A stretch of 64,000 nt of DNA from an uncultured Clostridia bacterium. GTDB lineage: Bacteria > Bacillota > Clostridia > Christensenellales > UBA1242. Made by a program: the position numbers and the translations under genes. The notes beneath the pieces are model-generated. The model worked only from the letters and a program-made list of their open reading frames with translations, was not told the DNA's origin and did not search any database. This document shows, in pieces, positions 49,195-57,635 of the stretch. The stretch is taken from contig CALWEJ010000003.1 of assembly GCA_944377165.1 (NCBI GenBank), positions 10,150-74,149 of the forward strand. Reading direction: 5' to 3'. Position 1 is the stretch's first letter, and each line of letters begins with the position of its first letter.

Positions 49195-49275
49195 TTGAAA
49201 CTAATAAAAAGGAACTTTACTTTGTGTGTAGAGTTCCTTTATTTTATTCTGCTAGTTTCAAAATGCTTTAACCTT
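49195..49275. repeat. conserved ~83-nt intergenic hairpin element, copy A
   Basis: TTGAAACTAATAAAAAGGAACTTTACTTT[gtgtgtag]AGTTCCTTT...TATTCTGCTAGTTTCAAAATGCTTTAACCTT. The 9-bp stem is 49208-49216 / 49232-49240. It is near-identical to 54287-54370 except for 8 loop nt and small indels. Confidence 0.8.
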
Positions 49276-49344
49276 TGATTTATACTTTTTTATTTATGTT
49301 TAAGGTAATGTTTACTAAACTCTTGTTTCAAATAAAAAATGGAC

Positions 49345-50025
49345 TTATTGTCCATTTTCTATTTTATATTTAGGTTCGAACGGAAATGCAATATTTTCTA
49401 GTAATATGCGTCTATATTCTTCAAGTCCGCCTTTTTGTTCTTCGCGTATTTGTCTGTTGTACCATTTAGCGATAGACTTAAATTCACTTAAATCCTTTAA
49501 TTTATCATAATCGCCATTGACCTTTGTTAATAACGCAATTAATTTGTTATAATTTTTAAACCAATCGCTTCGCCTTTGCGATTTTTCTCGCTTTGAATCG
49601 TCAAAGTAAAAACCAACTTTTCTTAATTCATATTCTTTATCGGCGTCAAGTCCGCCTTTTTTCTCTTCTTTTTTCTGTAGTCTTTCCCAACTAATAAGTC
49701 TGTTCGTCGCGCGTTCGCCATCTCTTTTTATATGCGCACCGTTGCGATTAACTAATTCTTGCGAATAATCGTCCTTTGTATTTAACCAAGTTGATAGCGA
49801 ACTATCATTTTTTACTTTATCATATCCCCAGTAAAAACCTATATCATTTAATAATTTTTCTTTAAATTTATCTAATGTGTTATTAATATATTCTTGTCGT
49901 TGCGTGCGAACAAAATCGTATAGTTCGCGTTCTTCCTCGTCTAATGAATTCGCTTTAGGATAGCCGAGCCCACGCTCTAGACGTTTAGATAGTTTAATAA
50001 ACATTTTCATCCATTCTTCGTACAT
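49345..50025 (-). CDS. protein made of three helicase-associated (HA)-like domain repeats
   Basis: 226 aa. Three segments of W..x..L......G....(ee)..L..W...QR......L.....L..IGF.W type are present, e.g. WMKMFIKLSKRLE...LYDFVRTQRQEY...LLNDIGFYW. AAGGTGA SD. A hairpin at 49334-49358 overlaps the stop codon. Confidence 0.65.
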   Translation of the reverse strand: MYEEWMKMFIKLSKRLERGLGYPKANSLDEEERELYDFVRTQRQEYINNTLDKFKEKLLNDIGFYWGYDKVKNDSSLSTWLNTKDDYSQELVNRNGAHIKRDGERATNRLISWERLQKKEEKKGGLDADKEYELRKVGFYFDDSKREKSQRRSDWFKNYNKLIALLTKVNGDYDKLKDLSEFKSIAKWYNRQIREEQKGGLEEYRRILLENIAFPFEPKYKIENGQ

Positions 50026-50208
50026 AACTTCACCTTAATAAAATAATACACAAATTTACGCAAAAGTCAATAGCAATTTTTTAAAAATAAATAATTGAAA
50101 TTTCATAAATATCGATTATTTAATTAATGTTTTAAATATAAAAATTTTACTTTTGAATTATAATATGCTATTATAATTATGTTTAATCTAGTTTTATAAA
50201 GGATTGTT

Positions 50209-52335
50209 ATGAAAAAGAAAACTCCAGAAGAAAGTTTATTAACAAAGCTTAATACTAAAATGAAATCATTGAAAAAGGACGAAGAATTACGCCCTAAACA
50301 GATTAATGATGTAATAGCAGAAATTATGAAAGACGTGGATAAGTTCGTTAAAGAAAATAAAACGTGGTTCAATAGTTTATCGAATGAAGACAGATTAGAG
50401 CTAATAAATCCAAACCGCTTATTAAATAGGCTTATTCGCGAGTATTACACTAAGAGTCAAATAGATATAGCAGTAAATAATAATTTAAAGCGGGCTATAG
50501 GCAATTTAGCAGAACAAGTGAAAAAGGAAGAATTATATAAAACACTAAAAGAGTTTAATTATAGTTGTCCATATTCGGATACATTATTGCTATATGGGGC
50601 AAAAATACATCTAGACCATATTATTCCTATAAGTTTAGGCGGACCTACTGATGATTGGAATATTATCCCTATATGTGATAGTTGTAATTTTTCAAAAAAA
50701 GATAAACACTTACTAGAATGGTGGGATAGAACGCACCCTAAAGAAGACGAATATAGACTTGTTAAAATATATGAGTATATGATAACTAAATTATTAGATG
50801 ACGTGAAAAATAATAATTATAAGATAACAACTACCTTTTCTAACGATACAACTAATAATGATAATCAAAATTCTGATTCAAACTTGCAAAGGCTCGACCC
50901 TATAACATTTTTATATCAATTATTAAAGCATATTGAAAATAATAAAGAATATATTGTCCCGGCATACGAATTAGATTATTCGGCTGAAGATAAATATAAA
51001 GAATTAGTTAAACTATTCGAACAACTAATTAAACTTAATAAGAAAAAGAATCATATCAAAACCGACCTTGAAATACTTTCTGAACGTGAAGAATTAGTTA
51101 AAGAGATTAAGTCGTACGGCATAATAGATTATTATTATGTGGCATTTAACTATTATAGCGAGATTATGGATATAAAGAAAACAATGCGCGCACAAAATAA
51201 GACAGAAGCAGAGATTTCTTCATCGGTTAAAAATTATTGCGAGAATCTGGATCGTTCATTTAATTTTAATCAATTTTATCGTGAATTAATGATATATCGC
51301 GATAAATTACAAGCAGAAGGTAAAGACATTACACAACTAAATGTACCCCGAAGTGCATATAACGAAGAAACAGGCTATAATTTAGGTCAAGTTGTAAATG
51401 GTATAAGGAAGAGTAAAAGGCAATTAGATGCAGGTAAGAAACCAGCGAGTTATGTATTATCAGCCGAGCAATACAAAAGACTCGAAGATATCGGCTTTAT
51501 TTGGGATGCGGACATAAAATTTGATTTTGATAAGTTTTACCGAGAATTAATGATATATCGCGAGAAGTTAAAAGCAGAAAATAAAGACATAACACAATTG
51601 AAAGTAGAACGAAGTACTTATAACGAAGAAACAAAATATAACTTAGGTAAAGTTGTGAGTAGGGTAAGGTATAGCAAAAAGCAACTAGATGCAGGCAAGA
51701 AACCAAAAAGTTATGTATTAACAGCTGAGCAATATAAAATACTTGACGATATCGGCTTTGTATGGGAGGCTGGTTTTGATTTTGATAAATTTTATAAAGA
51801 ATTAATGATATATCGTGCAAAATTAGAAGCAGAAGGGAAAGATGTTAAGCAAATAAATGTACCGCAAGATGCATATAACGAAGAAACAGGATATAAATTA
51901 GGTCAATTTGTGAACTGTATAAGGTTGAACAAAAAGAAACTAGATGCGGGTAAGAAACCAGAAGCTTACGTATTAACAGCCGAGCAATATAAAAAGCTCG
52001 ATGATATCGGATTTGTATGGAACGCAACAATAAAATTTGATTTTGATGAGTTTTATAAAGAATTAATGATATATCGTGCGAAATTAGAAGCAGAACACAA
52101 AGACATTACGCGATTAAATGTACCACAAAGTGCTTATAACGAAGAAACAAAATATAAATTAGGTCAATTTGTAAGTAAGATAAGACTGAGCAAAAAGCAA
52201 TTAGATGCAGGTAAGAAACCAGAAGCTTACATATTAACAGCCGAACAATATAAAATGCTTGACGATATCGGCTTTGTATGGGACGCAAGAAAGAAAAGTA
52301 AAAAGGTCGAAGAAGAAACTAATTTATCGGTTTAA
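50209..52335 (+). CDS. HNH endonuclease fused to four tandem HA-like domain repeats
   Basis: 708 aa. The HNH motif is HLDHIIPISLGGPTDDWNIIPICDSCNFSKKDKH at about aa 130-170. Four 85-87-aa repeats follow (FDFDKFYKELMIYRAKLEAEGKD...LGQFV..IR..KK.LDAGKKP..YVLTAEQYK.LDDIGFVW). Confidence 0.8.
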   Translation: MKKKTPEESLLTKLNTKMKSLKKDEELRPKQINDVIAEIMKDVDKFVKENKTWFNSLSNEDRLELINPNRLLNRLIREYYTKSQIDIAVNNNLKRAIGNLAEQVKKEELYKTLKEFNYSCPYSDTLLLYGAKIHLDHIIPISLGGPTDDWNIIPICDSCNFSKKDKHLLEWWDRTHPKEDEYRLVKIYEYMITKLLDDVKNNNYKITTTFSNDTTNNDNQNSDSNLQRLDPITFLYQLLKHIENNKEYIVPAYELDYSAEDKYKELVKLFEQLIKLNKKKNHIKTDLEILSEREELVKEIKSYGIIDYYYVAFNYYSEIMDIKKTMRAQNKTEAEISSSVKNYCENLDRSFNFNQFYRELMIYRDKLQAEGKDITQLNVPRSAYNEETGYNLGQVVNGIRKSKRQLDAGKKPASYVLSAEQYKRLEDIGFIWDADIKFDFDKFYRELMIYREKLKAENKDITQLKVERSTYNEETKYNLGKVVSRVRYSKKQLDAGKKPKSYVLTAEQYKILDDIGFVWEAGFDFDKFYKELMIYRAKLEAEGKDVKQINVPQDAYNEETGYKLGQFVNCIRLNKKKLDAGKKPEAYVLTAEQYKKLDDIGFVWNATIKFDFDEFYKELMIYRAKLEAEHKDITRLNVPQSAYNEETKYKLGQFVSKIRLSKKQLDAGKKPEAYILTAEQYKMLDDIGFVWDARKKSKKVEEETNLSV
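51259..52290 (+). repeat. in-frame tandem DNA repeats (4 units, period 255-261 nt) inside the HNH-HA gene
   Basis: The units start at 51259, 51520, 51775 and 52036. They are roughly 75-80% identical at the protein level. The mirrored antisense ORFs in the track (51497-52288) are artefacts of this repetition. Confidence 0.9.
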
Positions 52336-52421
52336 TTGACCTAATTAAAATAGTATTGAAAATATTTTCATATTATATTAAATGAAATAATCAATAATAT
52401 TATGTTTAGTATGAACTAACG

Positions 52422-52455
52422 AAAAACGGACAAGTTTATGCCCGTTTTTGTTTTT
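52422..52455 (+). terminator. rho-independent terminator after HNH-HA gene
   Basis: AAAACGG-(12 nt)-CCGTTTT followed by a T-rich run. Confidence 0.6.
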
Positions 52456-52590
52456 ATCTTGTTATGTTTAATTTACTTCATTTGCTTTAATTTATTTTTG
52501 TTTTTTAGTTTATGTTTTTCTTTTATACTTTTAGTTTATGTTTTTATTTTATCATTTTTATTTATGTTTTAATTCTAGTCTTTTACGAAA

Positions 52591-53277
52591 CTAAACTTTT
52601 TTTGCAACGATGTCGCCCGAGTTTGCGTCGATTAAAATGCCGAGAGTGTCGCCATTTGTAGATACTACGCCGACGTACCAATAGTAAGATACTGCTTCGC
52701 TAGTTGAAGAATCTTTAAGGACTTTCATAACCGCTTCAATTTTAACGTTTTTGTCGCTAGTTATATCATTTATTGCTTCGTTTAACTCGTTTGATGCGAT
52801 AGAAATTGCTGTCTTACTATCTACGTTGAAAGTAGAGGATACATTTGTTAAATCTTCGTTAAAATTATATCCAGTGAAACTTATTTTAACGTTTACTACC
52901 GCGCTATCCCCAACGTTTACTGCAAGGTCGGCAGAGTATGAATTATCTACCGCACTATTTTCTAAATAGCCAGTAAACTGTTCGTCGTCTATAGTGACGA
53001 TATAAGTATAAGTGTCTTTAGCAAGAGGATCGCCGTCTAATCTATAAAGAGTAAGGATAGCAAAATCTTGCATATTATTGCGAATACCATCGAGGGCATA
53101 ATTTTCTTCACGTGTACCGCTGGAGAAGGTCACTCCATACATTTCATCTTCTGCTGTAAAGAGATTGTTTCTGCGTTCGATTAGATAATCGTTCAAGTCA
53201 ATTTTAGTCGAACCACACGCGCTAAATCCGAGTACAAATATCGCTAGCATCATAAAAATTAATAATTTTTTCTTCAT
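52591..53277 (-). CDS. lipoprotein with PepSY-like C-terminus
   Basis: Track ORF trimmed to ATG 53277 (MKKKLLIFMMLAIFVLGFSACG, a lipobox), which follows a GAGG SD. The C-terminus ...GILIDANSGDIVAKKV is PepSY-like. Confidence 0.65.
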   Translation of the reverse strand: MKKKLLIFMMLAIFVLGFSACGSTKIDLNDYLIERRNNLFTAEDEMYGVTFSSGTREENYALDGIRNNMQDFAILTLYRLDGDPLAKDTYTYIVTIDDEQFTGYLENSAVDNSYSADLAVNVGDSAVVNVKISFTGYNFNEDLTNVSSTFNVDSKTAISIASNELNEAINDITSDKNVKIEAVMKVLKDSSTSEAVSYYWYVGVVSTNGDTLGILIDANSGDIVAKKV

Positions 53278-53363
53278 AACATACCTCACAATTATTTTAT
53301 TTGCTTGTCCGCTACATTAGAACATAAACTTGACAAATGTGATAAAAATTTTAAAATAAAAAT

Positions 53364-54221
53364 ATGAATTGTAATATATGTCCAAGGCAGTGTAATGTAG
53401 ATAGGTCACGAGTTAAAGGATTTTGCCGTGAAAGTGACACTGTCCGCATAAGCAAAGTAATGTTTCACAAATTTGAAGAGCCGATAATAAGTGGAACGGG
53501 TAAAGGTAGCGGTGCGGTATTTTTCACAGGGTGCAATTTGCGTTGCGTGTTCTGCCAAAATTATCCTATTAGCAACCAAGGCAAGGGCAAAAGAATATCA
53601 ATTAAACATCTTGCTAAAATTTTTAAAAGACTAGAGAAAAAGGGCGCTAGTAATATTAACTTAGTGACTCCTACGCACTTTTCCACTGCGATAATGAAAG
53701 CACTTGATATATACCGCCCTAAAATACCTATTGTCTGGAATTCTAACGGATACGAAAGCGAAGAAACGATAAACAAATTAAAAGACTATGTTGATATATT
53801 TCTAGTAGATTTGAAATATTTTTCAGACGATTTAGCAGTTAAATATAGTAGAGCGAATAATTATTTTTACTTTGCGAGCAAGGCGGTTAAATTAATGCGT
53901 AAATTACAGCCACAAGATATAATATCTAATGGGCTAATGGGAAAGGGAGTGATTATTCGTCATTTGATTTTACCCACACATACAGATGATAGTTTGCGTG
54001 TGTTAGATTTCATTGCGAACGAAATAGGGGATAAAACAATCGTTAGTATTATGAGTCAGTATGAACCAATGTACGACGCGAAGAATCACCCTGAAATTAA
54101 TAGGAAGATAACCCCGCTAGAATATAAGCGCGTAGTTAACCACGCACTACAATTAAATATGACGAATTGCTACACTCAGGAACTATCAAGCGCGGATACA
54201 AAATACACCCCTAAATTTTAA
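53364..54221 (+). CDS. radical SAM protein, PflX-like (pyruvate formate-lyase activase-related)
   Basis: 285 aa with an N-terminal CNICPRQCNVDR...GFC and the radical SAM CNLRCVFCQN cluster. Confidence 0.85.
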   Translation: MNCNICPRQCNVDRSRVKGFCRESDTVRISKVMFHKFEEPIISGTGKGSGAVFFTGCNLRCVFCQNYPISNQGKGKRISIKHLAKIFKRLEKKGASNINLVTPTHFSTAIMKALDIYRPKIPIVWNSNGYESEETINKLKDYVDIFLVDLKYFSDDLAVKYSRANNYFYFASKAVKLMRKLQPQDIISNGLMGKGVIIRHLILPTHTDDSLRVLDFIANEIGDKTIVSIMSQYEPMYDAKNHPEINRKITPLEYKRVVNHALQLNMTNCYTQELSSADTKYTPKF

Positions 54222-54286
54222 ATGCAAAACTAATTTGAAACCTAGAATTAATAAAGCAAAATCAACGCATCATTAGGCTAATATTT

Positions 54287-54370
54287 TTGACACTAACAAA
54301 AAAGGAACTTTACTTTATAGCACAAGTTCCTTTTCTCATTTATTCTGCTAGTTTAAAATGGTTTAACCTT
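54287..54370. repeat. conserved ~83-nt intergenic hairpin element, copy B
   Basis: TTGACACTAACAAAAAAGGAACTTTACTTT[atagcaca]AGTTCCTTT...TATTCTGCTAGTTTAAAATGGTTTAACCTT. The stem is 54301-54309 / 54325-54333. It has the same orientation as copy A. Confidence 0.8.
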
Positions 54371-54476
54371 AAATATGCTTTACTATATATCTTTACAAAT
54401 TAATCTATAATAACATTGAATTGACAAATACTATTAGTTAAATAATATTGATAAAATAATTTATAATAATTAAAAT

Positions 54477-54899
54477 TTAATATTTTGCGATACGTCTTGC
54501 GTGTCTACCGCCCTCAAATTCGCTAGTTAAAAATACTTTAATAATTTTAAGCCCTGCCCTGAAACTAGTTAAGCGCGCACCGAGTGTAAGGACGTTTGCG
54601 TCTTCGTCTTTTCTTGCTAAATAGGCGGTAGTATAATCTTGCGCACAAACGGCACGAATACCCTTTTGCCTATTCGCTACAATATTAGCGCCGACTCCTG
54701 AGCCACAAATAAATATTCCCCAATATTCTGGGTTGTCGGCGACAACTTTTGCAGCAGGCGCTACAAAGTCAGGATAGTCGTCATCTTTATCGAAAGTCTT
54801 CGGACCCATATCCTTATACTCTATATTTTTTTTGTCGAAATAATCTTTTAATTTTTGGATATAGTCGTATCCAGCGTGGTCTCCAGAAAGTATAATCAT
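54477..54899 (-). CDS. rpiB: ribose-5-phosphate isomerase B (RpiB/LacAB family)
   Basis: 140 aa starting MIILSGDHAGYDY... and containing ICGSGVGANIVANRQKGIRA. Confidence 0.9.
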   Translation of the reverse strand: MIILSGDHAGYDYIQKLKDYFDKKNIEYKDMGPKTFDKDDDYPDFVAPAAKVVADNPEYWGIFICGSGVGANIVANRQKGIRAVCAQDYTTAYLARKDEDANVLTLGARLTSFRAGLKIIKVFLTSEFEGGRHARRIAKY

Positions 54900-55036
54900 A
54901 TAAACTCCTTATATATAAATATATTTTATACATTTAGTTTAATATAAAAAATAAAAAAAATCTATTAAAAAATAAAATTTTTTTAAAATCAATTCAATTA
55001 TTTACAAACTTTATTAAATATGTTATAATTACCATT

Positions 55037-55510
55037 ATGAAATTGAAATTTAAAAAGCGATGTCCGCGCTGTGACACAAAGCTAGAAGAAGAAATTGTAA
55101 TATGTCCGAAATGTAAATTAAATTTTCAGAAATTTGATATGGCGACTAATTATGAAGCAAAGCTCGCATATAGCGAAGGCGATAATGATAGAGTACTTTT
55201 AAGACGCGGTTGTCCGAGCGATGTTAAGAAATGGAAGCTGTTGCTACTTACGATTTTTTTAGGATACACAGGCGCACATAATTATTATGTGGGGAGAAAT
55301 AAAAGAGGAATCTTCTTTACAGTATTCTTCATTATAGGAATAATAAATGCGATATTCACGATTAAAAATATCACGTTAAATTCAGATTTAGGACAAATAT
55401 TTTATTTTCTCGTTTTGTTTTGGGGAATTGTGATATTTATGTGGATAATTGATATTATTCACATTATATTTAATAGATTTAAAATTCCTGTTAGTTTACC
55501 AAGAAAATAA
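55037..55510 (+). CDS. TM2 domain membrane protein with N-terminal zinc ribbon
   Basis: 157 aa carrying CPRCD...CPKC and the TM2 motif FLGYTGAHNYYVGRNKRG. Confidence 0.8.
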   Translation: MKLKFKKRCPRCDTKLEEEIVICPKCKLNFQKFDMATNYEAKLAYSEGDNDRVLLRRGCPSDVKKWKLLLLTIFLGYTGAHNYYVGRNKRGIFFTVFFIIGIINAIFTIKNITLNSDLGQIFYFLVLFWGIVIFMWIIDIIHIIFNRFKIPVSLPRK

Positions 55511-56031
55511 ATTGATAAATTATTTATAAATAAAAAAATTATTAAAATCAAAGAAAAATCATATAAAATTGATTAAAAAATTATATTTTAAACGATTATT
55601 TTTAAAATTTTATATATTTATCAATTAATTTTCTTAGCATTATTGAAATAATAAAAATAAAATTTAGATAAATAAATCATTTATATTAGGATAAATATTA
55701 CATTGAAAATGAATTTATTAAGACGGTATAGTTATTTTAATTGATTATTATTTATTATTTTATATTTGTTTTAATAGATATTAGCTATTAATTACTGATT
55801 AAATTTTAAATAATATTAATTGTTAATAAATAAAAAATAAAAAGATTAATAATTAAACAATAATAAACTAATAAAAAACATATAAAAAATTAAAAAAATA
55901 ATTAAAAAAAAGATAATAAACTAATAAAAACATATAGAAAAAACGAAAAATAATAAAAATTTCATAAAAAAGTAATACATTTTACTAAAAATCAAATTAA
56001 AAAATAAAATTTTATATTAAAAGGAAATATT

Positions 56032-57132
56032 ATGAAAACTGTAGTAGTAGGATTATCTGGCGGAGTTGATTCGTCAGTCGCTGCATATTTATTAAAACAA
56101 CAAGGCTATAATGTTATAGGCTTGTTTATGTTGAATTGGGAAGAAAATGATGATAACGGGCATTGCACTGCCGAACAAGATTTCGAAGACGTTAAACGCG
56201 TGGCGAACAAAATCGGCATACCTTATTACACAGTTAATTATAGCAAGAAATATAAGGATAGAGTTTTTAAATATTTTCTTGACGAATATGCTAAGGGTTA
56301 TACACCTAATCCAGACGTAATGTGCAATAAAGAGATTAAGTTCGGACCTTTCTTAGAGCACGCACTAGAGTTGGGCGCGGACTATATAGCGACAGGTCAT
56401 TATTGTAAGCGCGTGGATAGAGATGGAAAGACGTATTTATATAAGGCACACGATTTAAACAAAGACCAAACATATTTTTTGAATCAACTTAATCAAGAGC
56501 AGTTAAGTAAAACACTTTTCCCGCTTGCAGATATTGACAAACCGAAAGTGCGTGAAATCGCAAAATCACTCGGCTTAACGACTGCTGAGAAAAAAGATTC
56601 GACAGGAATATGTTTTATAGGCGAGCGCAATTTTAGGAAGTTTTTAAAATCATTTTTACCAGCAAACAAAGGTAAAATCGTTGACCTAAATGGAAACGTT
56701 GTCGGCGAGCACGAAGGGGTTATGTATTACACAATCGGACAACGTCGCGGACTCAATATCGGCGGAAAGAATGGATATGAAGCGGATAGGTGGTTTGTGG
56801 TAGATAAGGACGTAAAGACAAATACTCTTATCGTTAATTGCGGAGAATGCGACGAAATGTATTCGACCGCTTGCATATTGACCGACTTTAATTGGATAGC
56901 AGATAAATTAAGCGGAGAATTTTTCTGCAACGTGAAGTTAAGATATAGACAACCCGACCAGCGCACGAAAGTGACCGTCCTTGACGAAAAAACTTTGCGC
57001 CTTGATTTCGAAAAGCCTCAACGCGCAGTGACGATAGGACAATTCGGCGTACTTTATTTAGACGACGGGAATTGCCTAGGCGGTGGACGAATAGACAAAT
57101 TAGTTAAACTTAAAAGCAACGAGAACAAATAA
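56032..57132 (+). CDS. mnmA: tRNA-specific 2-thiouridylase MnmA
   Basis: 366 aa with PP-loop VGLSGGVDSSV and conserved MnmA body. Confidence 0.96.
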   Translation: MKTVVVGLSGGVDSSVAAYLLKQQGYNVIGLFMLNWEENDDNGHCTAEQDFEDVKRVANKIGIPYYTVNYSKKYKDRVFKYFLDEYAKGYTPNPDVMCNKEIKFGPFLEHALELGADYIATGHYCKRVDRDGKTYLYKAHDLNKDQTYFLNQLNQEQLSKTLFPLADIDKPKVREIAKSLGLTTAEKKDSTGICFIGERNFRKFLKSFLPANKGKIVDLNGNVVGEHEGVMYYTIGQRRGLNIGGKNGYEADRWFVVDKDVKTNTLIVNCGECDEMYSTACILTDFNWIADKLSGEFFCNVKLRYRQPDQRTKVTVLDEKTLRLDFEKPQRAVTIGQFGVLYLDDGNCLGGGRIDKLVKLKSNENK

Positions 57133-57251
57133 AATTTATTAGTTTAATAAGGTTTATATGAAAACAACCAAAAAGTTAAGTTCTTAGAGATTAAACACAT
57201 TCAGTAATATCACTTTATTTTTAGGTTGTTTTTTTATTGCCATTTTTTAGT

Positions 57252-57292
57252 AAGGACTAGAAAAATCGAAAATTAAAATCTAAATAGTCCTT
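57252..57292 (+). repeat. hairpin element AAGGACTAGAAAAATCGAA...AATAGTCCTT (copy X)
   Basis: The 8-bp stem is AAGGACTA/TAGTCCTT. The left arm plus ~12 nt and the right arm recur at 59107-59166. Confidence 0.55.
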
Positions 57293-57635
57293 AAATAAAG
57301 TAAAAAACATTGACAAAACCGAAAATTATGTTATCATAAATTAAACTACTTAAGTGTGGTTAAAATTCTAATTGAATTTATAAACATTAATAGGCTTATA
57401 CTTAAGAATTTAAAATATGCTAAATTAGTAAGAATGATAGAATTATTTTTAGTAAGCAATTTGAGTTCACTATGACTATATTTTTAATCAAATTAAAATT
57501 ATTAAAGCAATTAGATAAGATATTATTAGTATTTAACAAAAATGAATCAACGAAAATCTAATTAATACAAACTATTACGTTTATTAAACAATAAAAGTAT
57601 CAATACTAAATTACGAAAGATAATACGAGGTGCAT

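Noticed and set aside
50124-50372. 82-aa minus-strand ORF across the HNH gene start.
   Set aside because: It overlaps the divergent promoter region and the 5' end of the better-supported 708-aa ORF. It is hydrophobic AT-rich noise.
51497-52288. Three similar minus-strand ORFs (51497-51820, 51845-52030, 52106-52288).
   Set aside because: Their mutual similarity simply mirrors the tandem repeats of the plus-strand HNH-HA gene. They are antisense artefacts.
49276-54286. Calling the block between the two hairpin-element copies a bona fide genomic island or mobile element.
   Set aside because: No integrase, transposase or tRNA target is visible. Both copies also sit exactly where convergent genes need terminators. 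It is reported only as a hypothesis in the findings, not as a mobile_element feature.
55440-55448. Perfect DnaA-box complement TGTGGATAA.
   Set aside because: It is a single occurrence inside the TM2-protein coding sequence. An origin would need a cluster of boxes next to an AT-rich unwinding element and usually dnaA.
55511-56031. AT-rich repeat-containing spacers considered as CRISPR arrays or an origin of replication.
   Set aside because: There is no regular repeat-spacer periodicity, and the repeats are short, AT-only and irregular. There are no cas genes and no dnaA or dnaN. No cluster of DnaA boxes was seen.
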